From positions 2,592,001 through 2,656,000 of the forward strand of contig OZ244048.1 in NCBI GenBank assembly GCA_965215265.1: DNA of 64,000 nt, read 5' to 3'. This DNA is from Candidatus Poribacteria bacterium (GTDB lineage: Bacteria > Poribacteria > WGA-4E > WGA-3G). This document shows positions 39,714 through 50,160 of this stretch, piece after piece (positions within the stretch are counted from its first letter, which is position 1; the number at the start of each line of letters is the position of its first letter). Below the pieces are notes generated by a model. It had not been told where the DNA came from. It did not search any database and worked only from the letters and a program-made list of their open reading frames with translations. A program made the translations under genes and the position numbers.

Positions 39714-40706
39714 ATGTTAACAATTGGTAACCTCCACATCCCCCATTTTCCCCTCCTCCTTGCACCGATGGAAGATGTAAGCGATCCGCCCTTTCGCGCT
39801 GTCTGCAAAGAGAACGGGGCAGATCTGATGTATACAGAATTCATTTCCTCTGAAGCGTTAATCCGATCCGCGGCGCAAAGTGTCGCGAAATTAGACATCT
39901 TTGAAGCCGAAAAACCGATTGGCATCCAAATATTTGGGCACGATATTGAATCCATGCGTGCATCTGTGGAAATTACGGAACGTGTGCAACCGGATATCAT
40001 TGACATTAACTATGGCTGTCCTGTGAAAAAAGTGACGTGTAAAGGCGCGGGCGCGGGCATTTTGCAAGACATCCCCAAGATGGTGAAAATGACCTCCGAA
40101 ATCGTAAAAACCACCCTATTGCCAGTCACTGTTAAAACGCGACTCGGATGGGACGAAAACACAAAATACATCGTTGAAGTTGCCGAACGTTTACAAGATG
40201 TCGGCATCCAAGCCATCTCAATTCATGGGCGCACCCGTCAGCAGATGTATAAGGGCAGCGCGGATTGGACGCTTATTGGCAGCATCAAAGACAACCCGCG
40301 TATGCGAATCCCGGTTTTTGGCAACGGCGACGTGGACACCCCACAGAAAGCTGAACAGATGCGTCGACAATACGGTGTGGATGGCATCATGATCGGTCGT
40401 GCCGCGATTGGTTACCCGTGGATTTTCAACGAGATCAAACACTATTTCGCTACCGGTGAACGACTCCCGCTGCCTGCAATAGATGAGCGTATCGCTGTGT
40501 TTAGGAAGCACCTGGATTTGTCTATTGAATGGAAGGGCTTACGACTCGGGCTGGTTGAGATGCGTCGCCACTACGGAAACTATTTCAAAGGCATTCCACA
40601 CGTGAAACCCTTTCGCTCGCGTTTAGTGAGCTGCAATAGTTACGGCGGCGTTTTGGATATTGTCGAGGAACTCCGGGTGCACGCACACAAAAACGGCTTG
40701 ACCTAA
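39714..40706 (+). CDS. dusB: tRNA-dihydrouridine synthase B
   Basis: LAPMEDV, DINYGCP, TVKTRLGWD, IHGRT, GNGD, MIGRAAIGYPW. Confidence 0.93.
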   Translation: MLTIGNLHIPHFPLLLAPMEDVSDPPFRAVCKENGADLMYTEFISSEALIRSAAQSVAKLDIFEAEKPIGIQIFGHDIESMRASVEITERVQPDIIDINYGCPVKKVTCKGAGAGILQDIPKMVKMTSEIVKTTLLPVTVKTRLGWDENTKYIVEVAERLQDVGIQAISIHGRTRQQMYKGSADWTLIGSIKDNPRMRIPVFGNGDVDTPQKAEQMRRQYGVDGIMIGRAAIGYPWIFNEIKHYFATGERLPLPAIDERIAVFRKHLDLSIEWKGLRLGLVEMRRHYGNYFKGIPHVKPFRSRLVSCNSYGGVLDIVEELRVHAHKNGLT

Positions 40707-40822
40707 AAATAAAATTATTTTATAATATTCGGAAAGCTGTAGTCTCGTTGAAGGCCTGTGAAAACCCCGACAACCGGGCACTAGACAAATATAATTGTTT
40801 CGGAGAACCAATACCAAAAACC

Positions 40823-41647
40823 ATGAATAAAATACCCTTTATGAAACTCAGCGGTGCCGGCAATGATTTCATCATCATAGATAACCTGGACGGAATTGTC
40901 GACAGCAACAACAAAGAGTTCGTCAAAAAAGTGTGCGAGCGCCGTATGTCAGTGGGAGCTGATGGCGTGCTACTCGTTGAAAACGCTGATGACGTTGATT
41001 TTCGGATGCGCTACTTCAATGCTGACGGCGGCGAGGTAGAAACATGTGGAAACGGTGCACGTTGCATCTCCAAATTCGCTTATCTTAACGGCATCGCCTC
41101 TCACTGCATGCGATTCCTGACGAACGCAGGCATCTATGAAGCGGAGATAGTCGGAAACAACGTTAAGGTACGCATGAGCGATCCGACGGATATTCGGCTT
41201 AATGTCCCACTCCACTTGGAGGACCGGACTTATCATGTCGGTTTCGCGAATAGCGGTGTCCCCCATGTTGTTTTCTTTGTAGAAGACTTAGAACGGACAG
41301 ATGTTTTTCAACGGGGGCGAGAAACGCGTTATCACGATGATTTCAAACCCTCCGGGACCAATGCTAATTTTATCCGCATCCACTCTCCAGAATTGCTCTA
41401 TATCCGGACCTATGAACGCGGTGTTGAAGATGAAACACTTGCTTGTGGTACCGGCTCTATTGCCTCGGCTGTGGTCGCTGCGGCGTTAGGAAAAGTTAAT
41501 GCACCAGTGGCTGTTAAGACAGCCAGCGGTGCCATCTTAAAGATCCATTTTGACCTGATCGACAAGGAACCGCGGAATGTCTATCTTGAAGGAGACGCTC
41601 GCGTAATCTACGTCGGTGAACTGACAACCGACGCATGGAAGTACTAA
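40823..41647 (+). CDS. dapF: diaminopimelate epimerase
   Basis: GAGNDF, NADGGEVETCGNG, GVPH, TYERGVEDETLACGTG. Confidence 0.96.
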   Translation: MNKIPFMKLSGAGNDFIIIDNLDGIVDSNNKEFVKKVCERRMSVGADGVLLVENADDVDFRMRYFNADGGEVETCGNGARCISKFAYLNGIASHCMRFLTNAGIYEAEIVGNNVKVRMSDPTDIRLNVPLHLEDRTYHVGFANSGVPHVVFFVEDLERTDVFQRGRETRYHDDFKPSGTNANFIRIHSPELLYIRTYERGVEDETLACGTGSIASAVVAAALGKVNAPVAVKTASGAILKIHFDLIDKEPRNVYLEGDARVIYVGELTTDAWKY

Positions 41648-41701
41648 CAGGACGCACCGGGGAGGCACGACTCCCCGCTCATTAATGAAAGGGGACTTTA
41701 A

Positions 41702-42580
41702 ATGTTTCAAGGTTCTTATGTTGCACTCGTTACACCGTTTAAGGATGATGAATCGCTTGATGAAGCGAAACTCAAGGAACTGATTCAATTTCAACTTGAT
41801 GGTGGAACGCACGGCATCGTTCCATGCGGGACTACCGGTGAATCTCCTGCACTTTCTGAAACGGAGCACGATAGGGTCATCGAGCTCACCGTGGAAACAG
41901 TAAACGGTCGTGTCCCTATCATTGCAGGCACCGGCTCTAACTCAACGACTCGCACTTTGCGGGCAACGCAGCACGCGAAGCATGCAGGCGCTGATGCCGC
42001 GCTCATTGTCACGCCCTATTACAATAAACCGACGCAAGAAGGGCTGTACGCACACTATATGAAAATTGCTGACACGGTTGACCTCCCGATTGTTATCTAC
42101 AATGTGCCGGGGCGTTGTGGTACTGACATCCTCTCACCAACCATCGCGCGCCTTGCAGAACATCCGAATATCATCGCCCTCAAGGAGGCGACCGGTGAAC
42201 TCAAACGCGCCAGCGAAGTTGTTAACATGTGCCCCGATGACTTCGTTGTCCTCTCTGGGGACGATGTCAACACGCTCCCTATCCTCGCTGTTGGCGGGAA
42301 AGGCGTGATTTCTGTTGTTGCAAACGTTGCACCCACAGATGTCGCTGATATGTGTAATGCTTTTCACGCCGGAAACCTTGGGTTGGCACGCAAACTACAC
42401 TATAAGACATTGCCGCTCGCTGTGGATCTGTTTATTGAAACGAATCCGATTCCGGCGAAAACCGCGTTGATGCTTATGGGGAAACTTAACGGAAAACTAC
42501 GGCTACCGCTAGCACCTATGATACCCGCGAACCTGCAAAAATTACGGCAGACACTCGTGGAAACGGCGCTGCTGGCTTAG
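41702..42580 (+). CDS. dapA: 4-hydroxy-tetrahydrodipicolinate synthase
   Basis: GTTGES, PYYNKP, YNVPGR, LKEATG, ETNPIP. Confidence 0.97.
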   Translation: MFQGSYVALVTPFKDDESLDEAKLKELIQFQLDGGTHGIVPCGTTGESPALSETEHDRVIELTVETVNGRVPIIAGTGSNSTTRTLRATQHAKHAGADAALIVTPYYNKPTQEGLYAHYMKIADTVDLPIVIYNVPGRCGTDILSPTIARLAEHPNIIALKEATGELKRASEVVNMCPDDFVVLSGDDVNTLPILAVGGKGVISVVANVAPTDVADMCNAFHAGNLGLARKLHYKTLPLAVDLFIETNPIPAKTALMLMGKLNGKLRLPLAPMIPANLQKLRQTLVETALLA

Positions 42581-42609
42581 GATTCCTAACCGGGCATCAT
42601 CTGTTGATG

Positions 42610-42819
42610 TACCCTCATCTCAATCGGGCGATGACGTTGACGAATCGCTTTCGAAATCCGTCTCGGTATTGGAATTTCTGATTTTTCCCCGGGCAGGTAA
42701 ATAGGAATGCACGCATGGCATGCGCCGGCCCAAGCCAAGTCCTTTTGATAAGGGAGACTGAGGGGATTCAGCTGTTGATTCTCGACGGGAGGCGGAACTC
42801 AACCCGATTGAGAAGGGTA
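42610..42819. mobile_element. MITE-like element (~210 bp) with imperfect terminal inverted repeats
   Basis: TACCCTCATCTCAATCGGG ... CCCGATTGAGAAGGGTA, between convergent genes. Confidence 0.5.
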
Positions 42820-42836
42820 ATGAGTGCAGTGTTGCC

Positions 42837-44168
42837 CTACACACTCGCCAGAAATCCAGATGGCAACAGCCGGTGCACCGTGTCGATGACTAACTGCTCA
42901 ACGCCTGGGGCAAAGTGCGTCGGCTGTCCGAAGTAGAGCATCGCGTCCCCACCTTCGTAGCCTCCTTCGGCTAACACCCGCTCCGATGGAATATAACCGG
43001 GGAATGCGTTTGCATACGCTCCTATCCACAAACGTGCAGCATCTAATTCCCTTTTTAACCGAAGCGAATAATCTACTACCACCTCACTCGCTAGGAACAC
43101 AACAGCGAGTTCGTCTCCGAAAGTCCATACTTGTATAGGATAAGAAATCTCTGTTCGTACCGCTTGTCCGGTTTGTAGTTGTTCAAGATGTTTTTGCGCG
43201 TGGTATCCAATGGCCCCGCCCTCTGCAGCCCGTGCTTGCCATTCCGCCAGCGTCGGCAGCGTATCAAACGGTAGGTTTACCCGTTCAAAACTCGCAGCCG
43301 GGGCATTTGAAAGCGGGATGAGTTCGTTCTGGAGAAGACGTTGGACTTCATGCGCGAGTGTCTGTCCATGTTCTTTTGCGTAAGCGAGGCGTGTCATGAA
43401 GACTTCCGATTGTCCATCAGGCATCGGCATCATCCGCGATGCAGGATTCGCATCTGCCCCGCACCCGATAGTTATTAGAGCCGTTACGCCAGGGTTTGCG
43501 TCTTGGATGGCCTCCTGCGCGTACCCCGCCCAATCTCCACAAATATGATTATCGGAACCGGCCAACGTTGTGCAATGACAAGCATAACTTGCCCATACAG
43601 CGCGCAAATTCCCGGCGGTATCTGTTACGCGTATCATAGGTAGGGAACAGTCTACGGGACCGCCCTCGGTACGGCGATTTTTCGCAAACCGCAGTTCTCC
43701 AACGTTCCATGCTAATTGACACGGCTCACGGTTGTCCAATGCTTGCAGTGCGACGCTCTCCATCCATGCAGCGAGTTGACGCGTGTACCGGTCGATTTTT
43801 TCCTGCTGGTCGGGTGGAATATCGGAACCGAAAATGAAAGGTGCAGCATTGGTGAGGCAAGGTGCGCTGTGCGTGTGACTGAAACAGGCGACAAACCGCG
43901 CACGCGATATCCCTGTTTTCTGTTTAATACGCTCCGAGACTTCTTCACTCAATTCGTCTGGTAAACCGCAGTTTTCTACCGTGATCATGACGACCGGTTC
44001 CTCCGCATCGTCGCCTATAGCAAGCGCTTTTGCCGACAATCTCTGGATAATGCCTTCTGATTCTGTGCGGCGACTTCCATAGCCGCTGAGCCGGATCGGA
44101 TAATCCGGGGTAATATCTACTTGGGCAACACCCACAGGTATCGTGTTATCTTTCGCTGACATAGCCAT
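42837..44168 (-). CDS. neutral/alkaline ceramidase N-terminal-domain family hydrolase
   Basis: GVAQVDITP...LSGYGSR, SHTHSAP, YACH, GCGADANP, GYIPS...EGGYE. Confidence 0.85.
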   Translation of the reverse strand: MAMSAKDNTIPVGVAQVDITPDYPIRLSGYGSRRTESEGIIQRLSAKALAIGDDAEEPVVMITVENCGLPDELSEEVSERIKQKTGISRARFVACFSHTHSAPCLTNAAPFIFGSDIPPDQQEKIDRYTRQLAAWMESVALQALDNREPCQLAWNVGELRFAKNRRTEGGPVDCSLPMIRVTDTAGNLRAVWASYACHCTTLAGSDNHICGDWAGYAQEAIQDANPGVTALITIGCGADANPASRMMPMPDGQSEVFMTRLAYAKEHGQTLAHEVQRLLQNELIPLSNAPAASFERVNLPFDTLPTLAEWQARAAEGGAIGYHAQKHLEQLQTGQAVRTEISYPIQVWTFGDELAVVFLASEVVVDYSLRLKRELDAARLWIGAYANAFPGYIPSERVLAEGGYEGGDAMLYFGQPTHFAPGVEQLVIDTVHRLLPSGFLASV

Positions 44169-44184
44169 TTCCTTCCTCCTAGGT

Positions 44185-45471
44185 CTACAAACGCCATGTT
44201 AATGCCAATAAATGGTTCGCCTCTGTCATAGAAACATGTGCAAAGGGGCGGTTTAAGGTATATTCTGTAGAGAGTCCACCAAGCGTTACTGCGAATCCAA
44301 TAGAGAAGTTCGTTGTTTCGAGACGCTGAGCACCGATGCGGAGGGCAACGGAAGTATCACGCTCAGGCTGACCGAGTTGCCATGTTTTATGTAATTCCAT
44401 GCCAATCGCATAATTGATACCGCTTTGCCCAGTGGCACGCCACAGATCTGCCGCAAGGATAAGCCATGCCAAAGGTTCATACGCAGCACCAATTCCAAAC
44501 TTAAGCGTGAGCGGTTCTACAAGGTTAGGTTGCAGCAGGTTTTCAAAGAGCATTCCTACCTGTAACGGTTTTGAATTTGAGAACCGTATCTCACGCTGAA
44601 AACCTACGTCTAATTCCAATCGGTTTGCGGTTCGATCCATTTTGGAATGCTGCTGGTGCGTCAGTTCCCGAACCCGGTCTCCGAATTGTAACGCTTCAAT
44701 AATTGCCGGAACTAGTTGTTCAGGTACGCGTACATCTACACCGGGTCCGTGGCGTGCCTCTAAATTTAAGGTGGACCTGACCTCGCCTTGCTTTACATCT
44801 TGCGCTATCCACTTTAGCCTTGCCCCTGTCACTGTTTTTCCAATGTGACGACTGACTCCCAGCACCCAGCGTTTCTCATGGAATGAAGCATAATCTGTGC
44901 CGAGGTCGGTTTGTGCAGAGAATTGGCGCTGATTAACATCGTATTTAGCCGCAGTTGCTGAAACCCTAACACGCGCAAAATTGCTGAACGTTGCAGCATA
45001 CCCGATGCACAGCCCCCAGTTTCCGAACAGATGCGAGTAGTAACCTGATGGGTAAAATTCTGCATTGGCTTCAGCGGCGAACTGCTCTCTGTCCTGTTTA
45101 GATAACTCCTGCCAGCGAAGATTTTCAGACGCAATTCCGATAGCGACATTATGTTTTTGAACGTGCATGAGTGATGCCGGGTTCCCAAAGATTCCTGCAT
45201 CTAATGCAGACGTTCCAATTCGCGTCCCGCCCATGCCGGCGATGCGAAGCAACTCATTTGCAGCACACTCTGAAGAAATGACAACCGCGAAAAAATAACA
45301 TATCAGACACCATCTGAAAAAGTAGCAGGATAGGTATTCTTTGTCTCTCCTTTCAGGAGAGACAAGAAAGGGGATTCCTCCCCGCGAGCGGGGAGAACTT
45401 CCCTTCCCTTTTACCTGCCACCCACTGGGGAGGCACTCGCTCCTGCCCCGAAAAGCGCCATCCATTTTCAC
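44185..45471 (-). CDS. hypothetical outer-membrane beta-barrel-like protein (TraF/PorV-like); start uncertain
   Basis: AGMGG...FGNPASL N-terminal motif, amphipathic strands, C-terminal LALTWRL. Confidence 0.65.
   Translation of the reverse strand: MKMDGAFRGRSECLPSGWQVKGKGSSPRSRGGIPFLVSPERRDKEYLSCYFFRWCLICYFFAVVISSECAANELLRIAGMGGTRIGTSALDAGIFGNPASLMHVQKHNVAIGIASENLRWQELSKQDREQFAAEANAEFYPSGYYSHLFGNWGLCIGYAATFSNFARVRVSATAAKYDVNQRQFSAQTDLGTDYASFHEKRWVLGVSRHIGKTVTGARLKWIAQDVKQGEVRSTLNLEARHGPGVDVRVPEQLVPAIIEALQFGDRVRELTHQQHSKMDRTANRLELDVGFQREIRFSNSKPLQVGMLFENLLQPNLVEPLTLKFGIGAAYEPLAWLILAADLWRATGQSGINYAIGMELHKTWQLGQPERDTSVALRIGAQRLETTNFSIGFAVTLGGLSTEYTLNRPFAHVSMTEANHLLALTWRL
45341..45404. repeat. 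two adjacent REP-like hairpins
   Basis: TTGTCTCTCCT-TTC-AGGAGAGACAA and CTCCCCGC-GA-GCGGGGAG with outer AAGGGA/TCCCTT. Confidence 0.6.
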
Positions 45472-46409
45472 TCCATATTCATCGCTTCAGTGAAGATATC
45501 CTCCAAAGAATGTTTGACTTCTTTTAATTGGCGGAGCTGGACATCGTGCGCCACTGCCAATTTGAAGAAAAATGTCGTGTCAGTTTGAGCATGAAGGTCT
45601 GCGTTAACAGTAAGCTTGTCCGGGGTTTTTACGCGTAGCCGCCCGCCCGGTTTTAGGTCGGTTAGATACTGATGCGCCTTTAAGGCGTTAACGTAAGCCG
45701 TCATATCTCCGACTATCTTCAGGTCGAATGCCCGGTGCTGCTGTTGTTTCATTGCTTCAATGTTGCCTTGAACAACAACACGTCCGTTCTGCAGTAAGAT
45801 AACCTCTTCGCACGCGGCTTCTACATCGGGCAACAGATGTGAGGATAAAATCGTATTAATGCCCTTATCAGTTGAAATATCTTTAACAAGGGCGAGCATC
45901 TCTTTTCTCCCATTTGTATCCATTCCGTTAGTCGGTTCGTCAAGAAATAACAGTTTCGCATCATGTACGAGGGCCTGCGCGAGTTTTACTCGCTGTTTCA
46001 TCCCGGTGGAGTAGCCGTCTATATGGCGATAACGTTCCTCATCCACACCAACATAATAGAGGACTTCATGGGCCCGTTGTAGTGCATCCCGCGTCGGCAT
46101 TCCACATAACTCACCGGCGTAAGCCACCAATTGGACAGCGTTCATCCCAGAAATCAAACAGTCGTCTTCAGGCATATAGCCTACTTGTTGCCGGATAGAC
46201 AATGCGTGCGTTTGGACATCCATGCCGAATATGGAAGCGCTCCCTTGGGTTGACTGGATAAAACCGAGGAGTGTCTTAAGCAGGGTACTTTTGCCTGCCC
46301 CGTTCGGACCGAGGAGGCCAATAGCACCGCCATTGACTTCCAAGGACAGTGACTCCAATGCGGGCCGGGTACCATAAAATACAGATAGATTCTTTAATTC
46401 AATCATCAT
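45468..46409 (-). CDS. ABC transporter ATP-binding protein (ABC-2 type)
   Basis: GPNGAGKST, YSTGMKQR, FLDEP, SSH. Confidence 0.93.
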   Translation of the reverse strand: MMIELKNLSVFYGTRPALESLSLEVNGGAIGLLGPNGAGKSTLLKTLLGFIQSTQGSASIFGMDVQTHALSIRQQVGYMPEDDCLISGMNAVQLVAYAGELCGMPTRDALQRAHEVLYYVGVDEERYRHIDGYSTGMKQRVKLAQALVHDAKLLFLDEPTNGMDTNGRKEMLALVKDISTDKGINTILSSHLLPDVEAACEEVILLQNGRVVVQGNIEAMKQQQHRAFDLKIVGDMTAYVNALKAHQYLTDLKPGGRLRVKTPDKLTVNADLHAQTDTTFFFKLAVAHDVQLRQLKEVKHSLEDIFTEAMNME

Positions 46410-46540
46410 AATTAACAGGATTCATCTTCTCTTTGCTTGTAGGCACGAACGTGCCAGGGTGATTCTCCTTGCTTCCACTTCAGCGGCCCATCAGGAATCA
46501 AATTAATTGCTTACGATACAAGATTTTGCACAACATCTGT

Positions 46541-47734
46541 CTAACAGTAGATGCGTTTCACACGCGGGCTAATGTTTGTTAAAATTTCGTACGGAATTGT
46601 TCCAGCAGCAGCAGCGACCTCATCAATCCGGATTTCTGCATGCGCTTGCTTTCCTATTAGGACGGCTTCATCTCCAATGTTAACGTCGTCCTCCGGGGCC
46701 AGTTGAACAACGGTCGTGTCCATACAGATGCGCCCGACAATAGGACGGGGCTTACCGGCAATTAACGCCGTTCCACGGTTAGAACATGAGCGCGGATAAC
46801 CATCGCCGTAGCCAACCTGTAAAGCGGCGAGGCGCATTCGGGACACCGCTTTATACGTCTGGCCGTAACTCACCCCTTCCCCTGCTTCAATCGAATCTAC
46901 CCAACCGACGCGGGTCTTCCACGTGAGGGCCGGCTGTAACAGAATCGGTTTTTCGGTTGATGGATAGATACCGTACAGACTCAAACCTGGACGAACCGCA
47001 TCGAAATGCGACTCTGGAATTGCCAATGCTGCTGCACTATTCGCTGCATGAATTAGCATCGGCTCTGCCTGCTGCAGACTTGCGAGCAGAGTTGTGAACC
47101 GCTTTAGTTGAACAGAGGTAAAACTGTTAGAAGTCTTACTCACAGAGTGAGGCTCGTCAGCCGTTGCAAAATGTGTAAAAATCCCTTCAATCTTAATCCG
47201 CTCCAACGTTTTCAATTTATTAAAAAACGTTCGCACTTGCTTAGGGTGGATACCGCTCCGGTTCATCCCGGTGTTAACGTCAAGATGTACTTTTACGCTT
47301 CTTGTCACAGTCGCTTTTGGGCTTCCCGGTCGTGCAGGTTCATATTTTTCCTTGGGATGTGTGCCGGATGCTACTTCGTTCAACCTTTCTACCAACGCCC
47401 AATTGTCAACTGCGACCGTCAGATCATAGGCAAGGATTTTCTCCGCGAGGGTCAGGAGTGGATTGATTAAAATAAGGATCGGTTTGTCAATGCCAACCTT
47501 TCGCAACTCAATTCCTTCTTCAACGGTTGCGACAGCGAACATATCCGCGATTGCATCCAACGCTTGGGCGATAGGAGCCGCACCGTGCCCGTAGGCATCT
47601 GCTTTTAAAACCGCAATTAGACGGCTGCCGGTGTATGCCTTAATGGTCTTGGCATTCTCAGCAGCTGCCCGCAGGTTAACTTCTACCCAGGTTCGCAGCC
47701 GCGGTTTTTGGTATTGTTCAATTTCTGTAATCAT
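46541..47734 (-). CDS. alr: alanine racemase
   Basis: AVLKADAYGHG, TGMNRSG, VSYG, GYGDGY, GRICMD, YEIL. Confidence 0.96.
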   Translation of the reverse strand: MITEIEQYQKPRLRTWVEVNLRAAAENAKTIKAYTGSRLIAVLKADAYGHGAAPIAQALDAIADMFAVATVEEGIELRKVGIDKPILILINPLLTLAEKILAYDLTVAVDNWALVERLNEVASGTHPKEKYEPARPGSPKATVTRSVKVHLDVNTGMNRSGIHPKQVRTFFNKLKTLERIKIEGIFTHFATADEPHSVSKTSNSFTSVQLKRFTTLLASLQQAEPMLIHAANSAAALAIPESHFDAVRPGLSLYGIYPSTEKPILLQPALTWKTRVGWVDSIEAGEGVSYGQTYKAVSRMRLAALQVGYGDGYPRSCSNRGTALIAGKPRPIVGRICMDTTVVQLAPEDDVNIGDEAVLIGKQAHAEIRIDEVAAAAGTIPYEILTNISPRVKRIYC

Positions 47735-47803
47735 CTTTTTCCAGTTATAAGCTATTATACCGCTGCGTCTATTTTTCTACAAAAACTAATTTGGTGGAAA
47801 TTG

Positions 47804-48577
47804 CTAAATGTTTTGTGTATCTTGCCCGCGAAACCGTAGAAAGAGTAGAATGAAAACGATGGAATTCACCAATAAGAGCGTTGAGATAGCGTTAATCTTC
47901 GGTGTGATGCCAAACTTGAGCAACGAATAGATATGTACCGACAGTGTTGTATATCCGACTCCGGCAGTAAAGAAGGTGATGACAAAGTCGTCTATTGAGA
48001 GCGTAAAAGCCAATAGGGCCCCACCTATAATCCCGGGGGAAATCAGCGGCAGCGTTACCCGCCAGAACGTCTGCCATTCGGTAGCACCTAAATCTAAGGC
48101 TGCATCCTCTACGCTGTTATCGTAACCCTGGAGTCGTGCTCTGACAACGATCGTAACATAGGCGATATTAAAAACACCGTGCGCGATGATTACCGACACC
48201 AATCCCAATGAGATACGCGCTTGTACGTAAAATGTCAATAACGCGATTGCCAATACAATGTCCGGAATAATAATCGGTAGATAGAGACATCGCACGAGGA
48301 CGGCTCGCAACCTGAACCTATAGCGCTCTATCGCAAGTGCTGTGGTTGTTCCGATGACGGTTGCGAGGAGTGTTGCTACAGTTGCCACCATCAAACTGTT
48401 TTTACATGCCCCCCATAAGTCCTCGTCTTCAATTAGTTTCGCGTACCAATTGAGTGTGAAGCCCTTCCATACGGCTGTCTGTTCGCCACTGTTGAATGAG
48501 AATACAACAACTGCAAAGATAGGAGCGTAGAGGAAGAGAAAAACCAAAGCCATGTTCATTTCAAGTAGACGTTTCAT
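47804..48577 (-). CDS. potC: spermidine/putrescine ABC transporter permease
   Basis: FLYAPI...FSFN...GFTLNWY, EDAALDLGA, FTLSIDDF, TPKINA. Confidence 0.88.
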   Translation of the reverse strand: MKRLLEMNMALVFLFLYAPIFAVVVFSFNSGEQTAVWKGFTLNWYAKLIEDEDLWGACKNSLMVATVATLLATVIGTTTALAIERYRFRLRAVLVRCLYLPIIIPDIVLAIALLTFYVQARISLGLVSVIIAHGVFNIAYVTIVVRARLQGYDNSVEDAALDLGATEWQTFWRVTLPLISPGIIGGALLAFTLSIDDFVITFFTAGVGYTTLSVHIYSLLKFGITPKINAISTLLLVNSIVFILLFLRFRGQDTQNI

Positions 48578-48645
48578 GTTTTCAAAGTGTTTGGACAGCG
48601 CCGGAAATTGTCAGTACTGCGTGCATACCTATCCGTTCAGGTTCT

Positions 48646-49485
48646 CTATGCTTCTTCGCGACCTTGCAGTGCACGGAAATATAGCACCGTTCCAACGAGA
48701 ACTATGCCCATCAGCATGAAAGAAAGTGCTGAACCGAATGGCCAATCTCGTGCTGTTTTGAATTGACGTTCGACGACGTTCCCGATGTAACTCACTTTAC
48801 CGCCGCCGAGTAAATCGGGGGTCAGAAACGCCCCCACGGTCGGAATAAAGACTAACATTGAACCGGCTAAGATACCGGGCAGACTGAGAGGCACCGTAAC
48901 ATGCCAAAAGGTACGAGACGGTGACGCTCCTAAATCTTGTGCAGCTGCTATCAAAGACATGTCCAACTGCTCTAATGAGGCGTACAGCGGCAAAATCATA
49001 AACGGTAAATACCCGTAGACCAGCCCAATCTGGATTGCTATCGGTGTATTTAGAAGCTCCAACGGTTGGATGCCTAAGAAAGCGAGGAAGCTGTTCAAAA
49101 GTCCTTCTGTTCGCAAAATCAGTATCCAGGCATAGGTACGGATGAGGAAATTCGTCCAGAAAGGGACGACGACGAGTAATAGGAGGACACTCCGCCATCG
49201 CGGTTGATACCGCGCCAGATAGTACGCGAATGGATAGCCTAACATCAAACATATAACTGTTGAGGTTATCGCTGCTGAAAAGGACCGCCACAGAATACCA
49301 AGGTAGAGACTATCAAAGACACGCAGATAGTTCTCCAAGGTGAAATTCCACTGCACGCCGCCATAGGTGCCGCGTTCCAAAAAACTATAGATAAAAACGA
49401 AAAAGAGCGGAATCAGGAAGAAGCAGAAAAGCCAAAAGATGACTGGAAAAAGCAGGATAATTTTTTTATATCGGCGGCCTAACAT
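48646..49485 (-). CDS. potB: spermidine/putrescine ABC transporter permease
   Basis: PFWTNFLIRTYAW, YLPFMILPLY, AAQDLGA, DWPFGSA. Confidence 0.9.
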   Translation of the reverse strand: MLGRRYKKIILLFPVIFWLFCFFLIPLFFVFIYSFLERGTYGGVQWNFTLENYLRVFDSLYLGILWRSFSAAITSTVICLMLGYPFAYYLARYQPRWRSVLLLLVVVPFWTNFLIRTYAWILILRTEGLLNSFLAFLGIQPLELLNTPIAIQIGLVYGYLPFMILPLYASLEQLDMSLIAAAQDLGASPSRTFWHVTVPLSLPGILAGSMLVFIPTVGAFLTPDLLGGGKVSYIGNVVERQFKTARDWPFGSALSFMLMGIVLVGTVLYFRALQGREEA

Positions 49486-49638
49486 CGCACTAGAGTCTCT
49501 ACTGTTTTAAGACGGTTTAGAAGCTCGTAGGAACGTTCGAATTAAAAGCAAGCGGTCGATCAAAAACCGCTCACAACTTTAGATAATTTACGAGCCTTGA
49601 TGATCATACGAGCTAGGCAAGGAGAAAAAAATAGACAG

Positions 49639-50124
49639 TTAATATGGGACACGCATCCCACGGTAGAATTCGGGTTCCTTATAATCTTTGCGTAAAGGGT
49701 ACCCTTCCCAATCATCAGGGAGTAAGATGCGGCGCAAGTCGCTGTGTCCGTCAAACAAAATGCCGTATAAATCATAGGTTTCACGCTCGTGCCAATTCGC
49801 GGTTTTCCAGATATGCTCAACGGTCGGAAGCCGCGGGGATTCTTTAGGCACTGATGCCTTAATCACCACCTTATGTCGATGCCGCATTGAGTAGAGGTGA
49901 TAAACAACCGCGAATGCTTCATCTCGTGCGTTCATATCTACCCCGCTCAGAGACATCAGCGAGTCAAACGCCAATGTATCGGTTTCTGCAAGATAGCTGC
50001 ACACATCCGCAACAGCAGGAGCAGCAATGAGAATGCTCGGGTCGCCTGCCAATTCTGCATCAAAACCGAGCACTGCTTCACCAAACTGAGCGGATAAGAG
50101 TTCATGGATTTCTTCAGGGCGCAT
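49639..50124 (-). CDS. nuoC: NADH-quinone oxidoreductase subunit C
   Basis: ANWHERETYDLYGILFDGHSDLRRILLPDDWEGYPLRKD. Confidence 0.95.
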   Translation of the reverse strand: MRPEEIHELLSAQFGEAVLGFDAELAGDPSILIAAPAVADVCSYLAETDTLAFDSLMSLSGVDMNARDEAFAVVYHLYSMRHRHKVVIKASVPKESPRLPTVEHIWKTANWHERETYDLYGILFDGHSDLRRILLPDDWEGYPLRKDYKEPEFYRGMRVPY

Positions 50125-50160
50125 GTATTTCCTTCACTCCATCGAACCGATAGGTATGTG

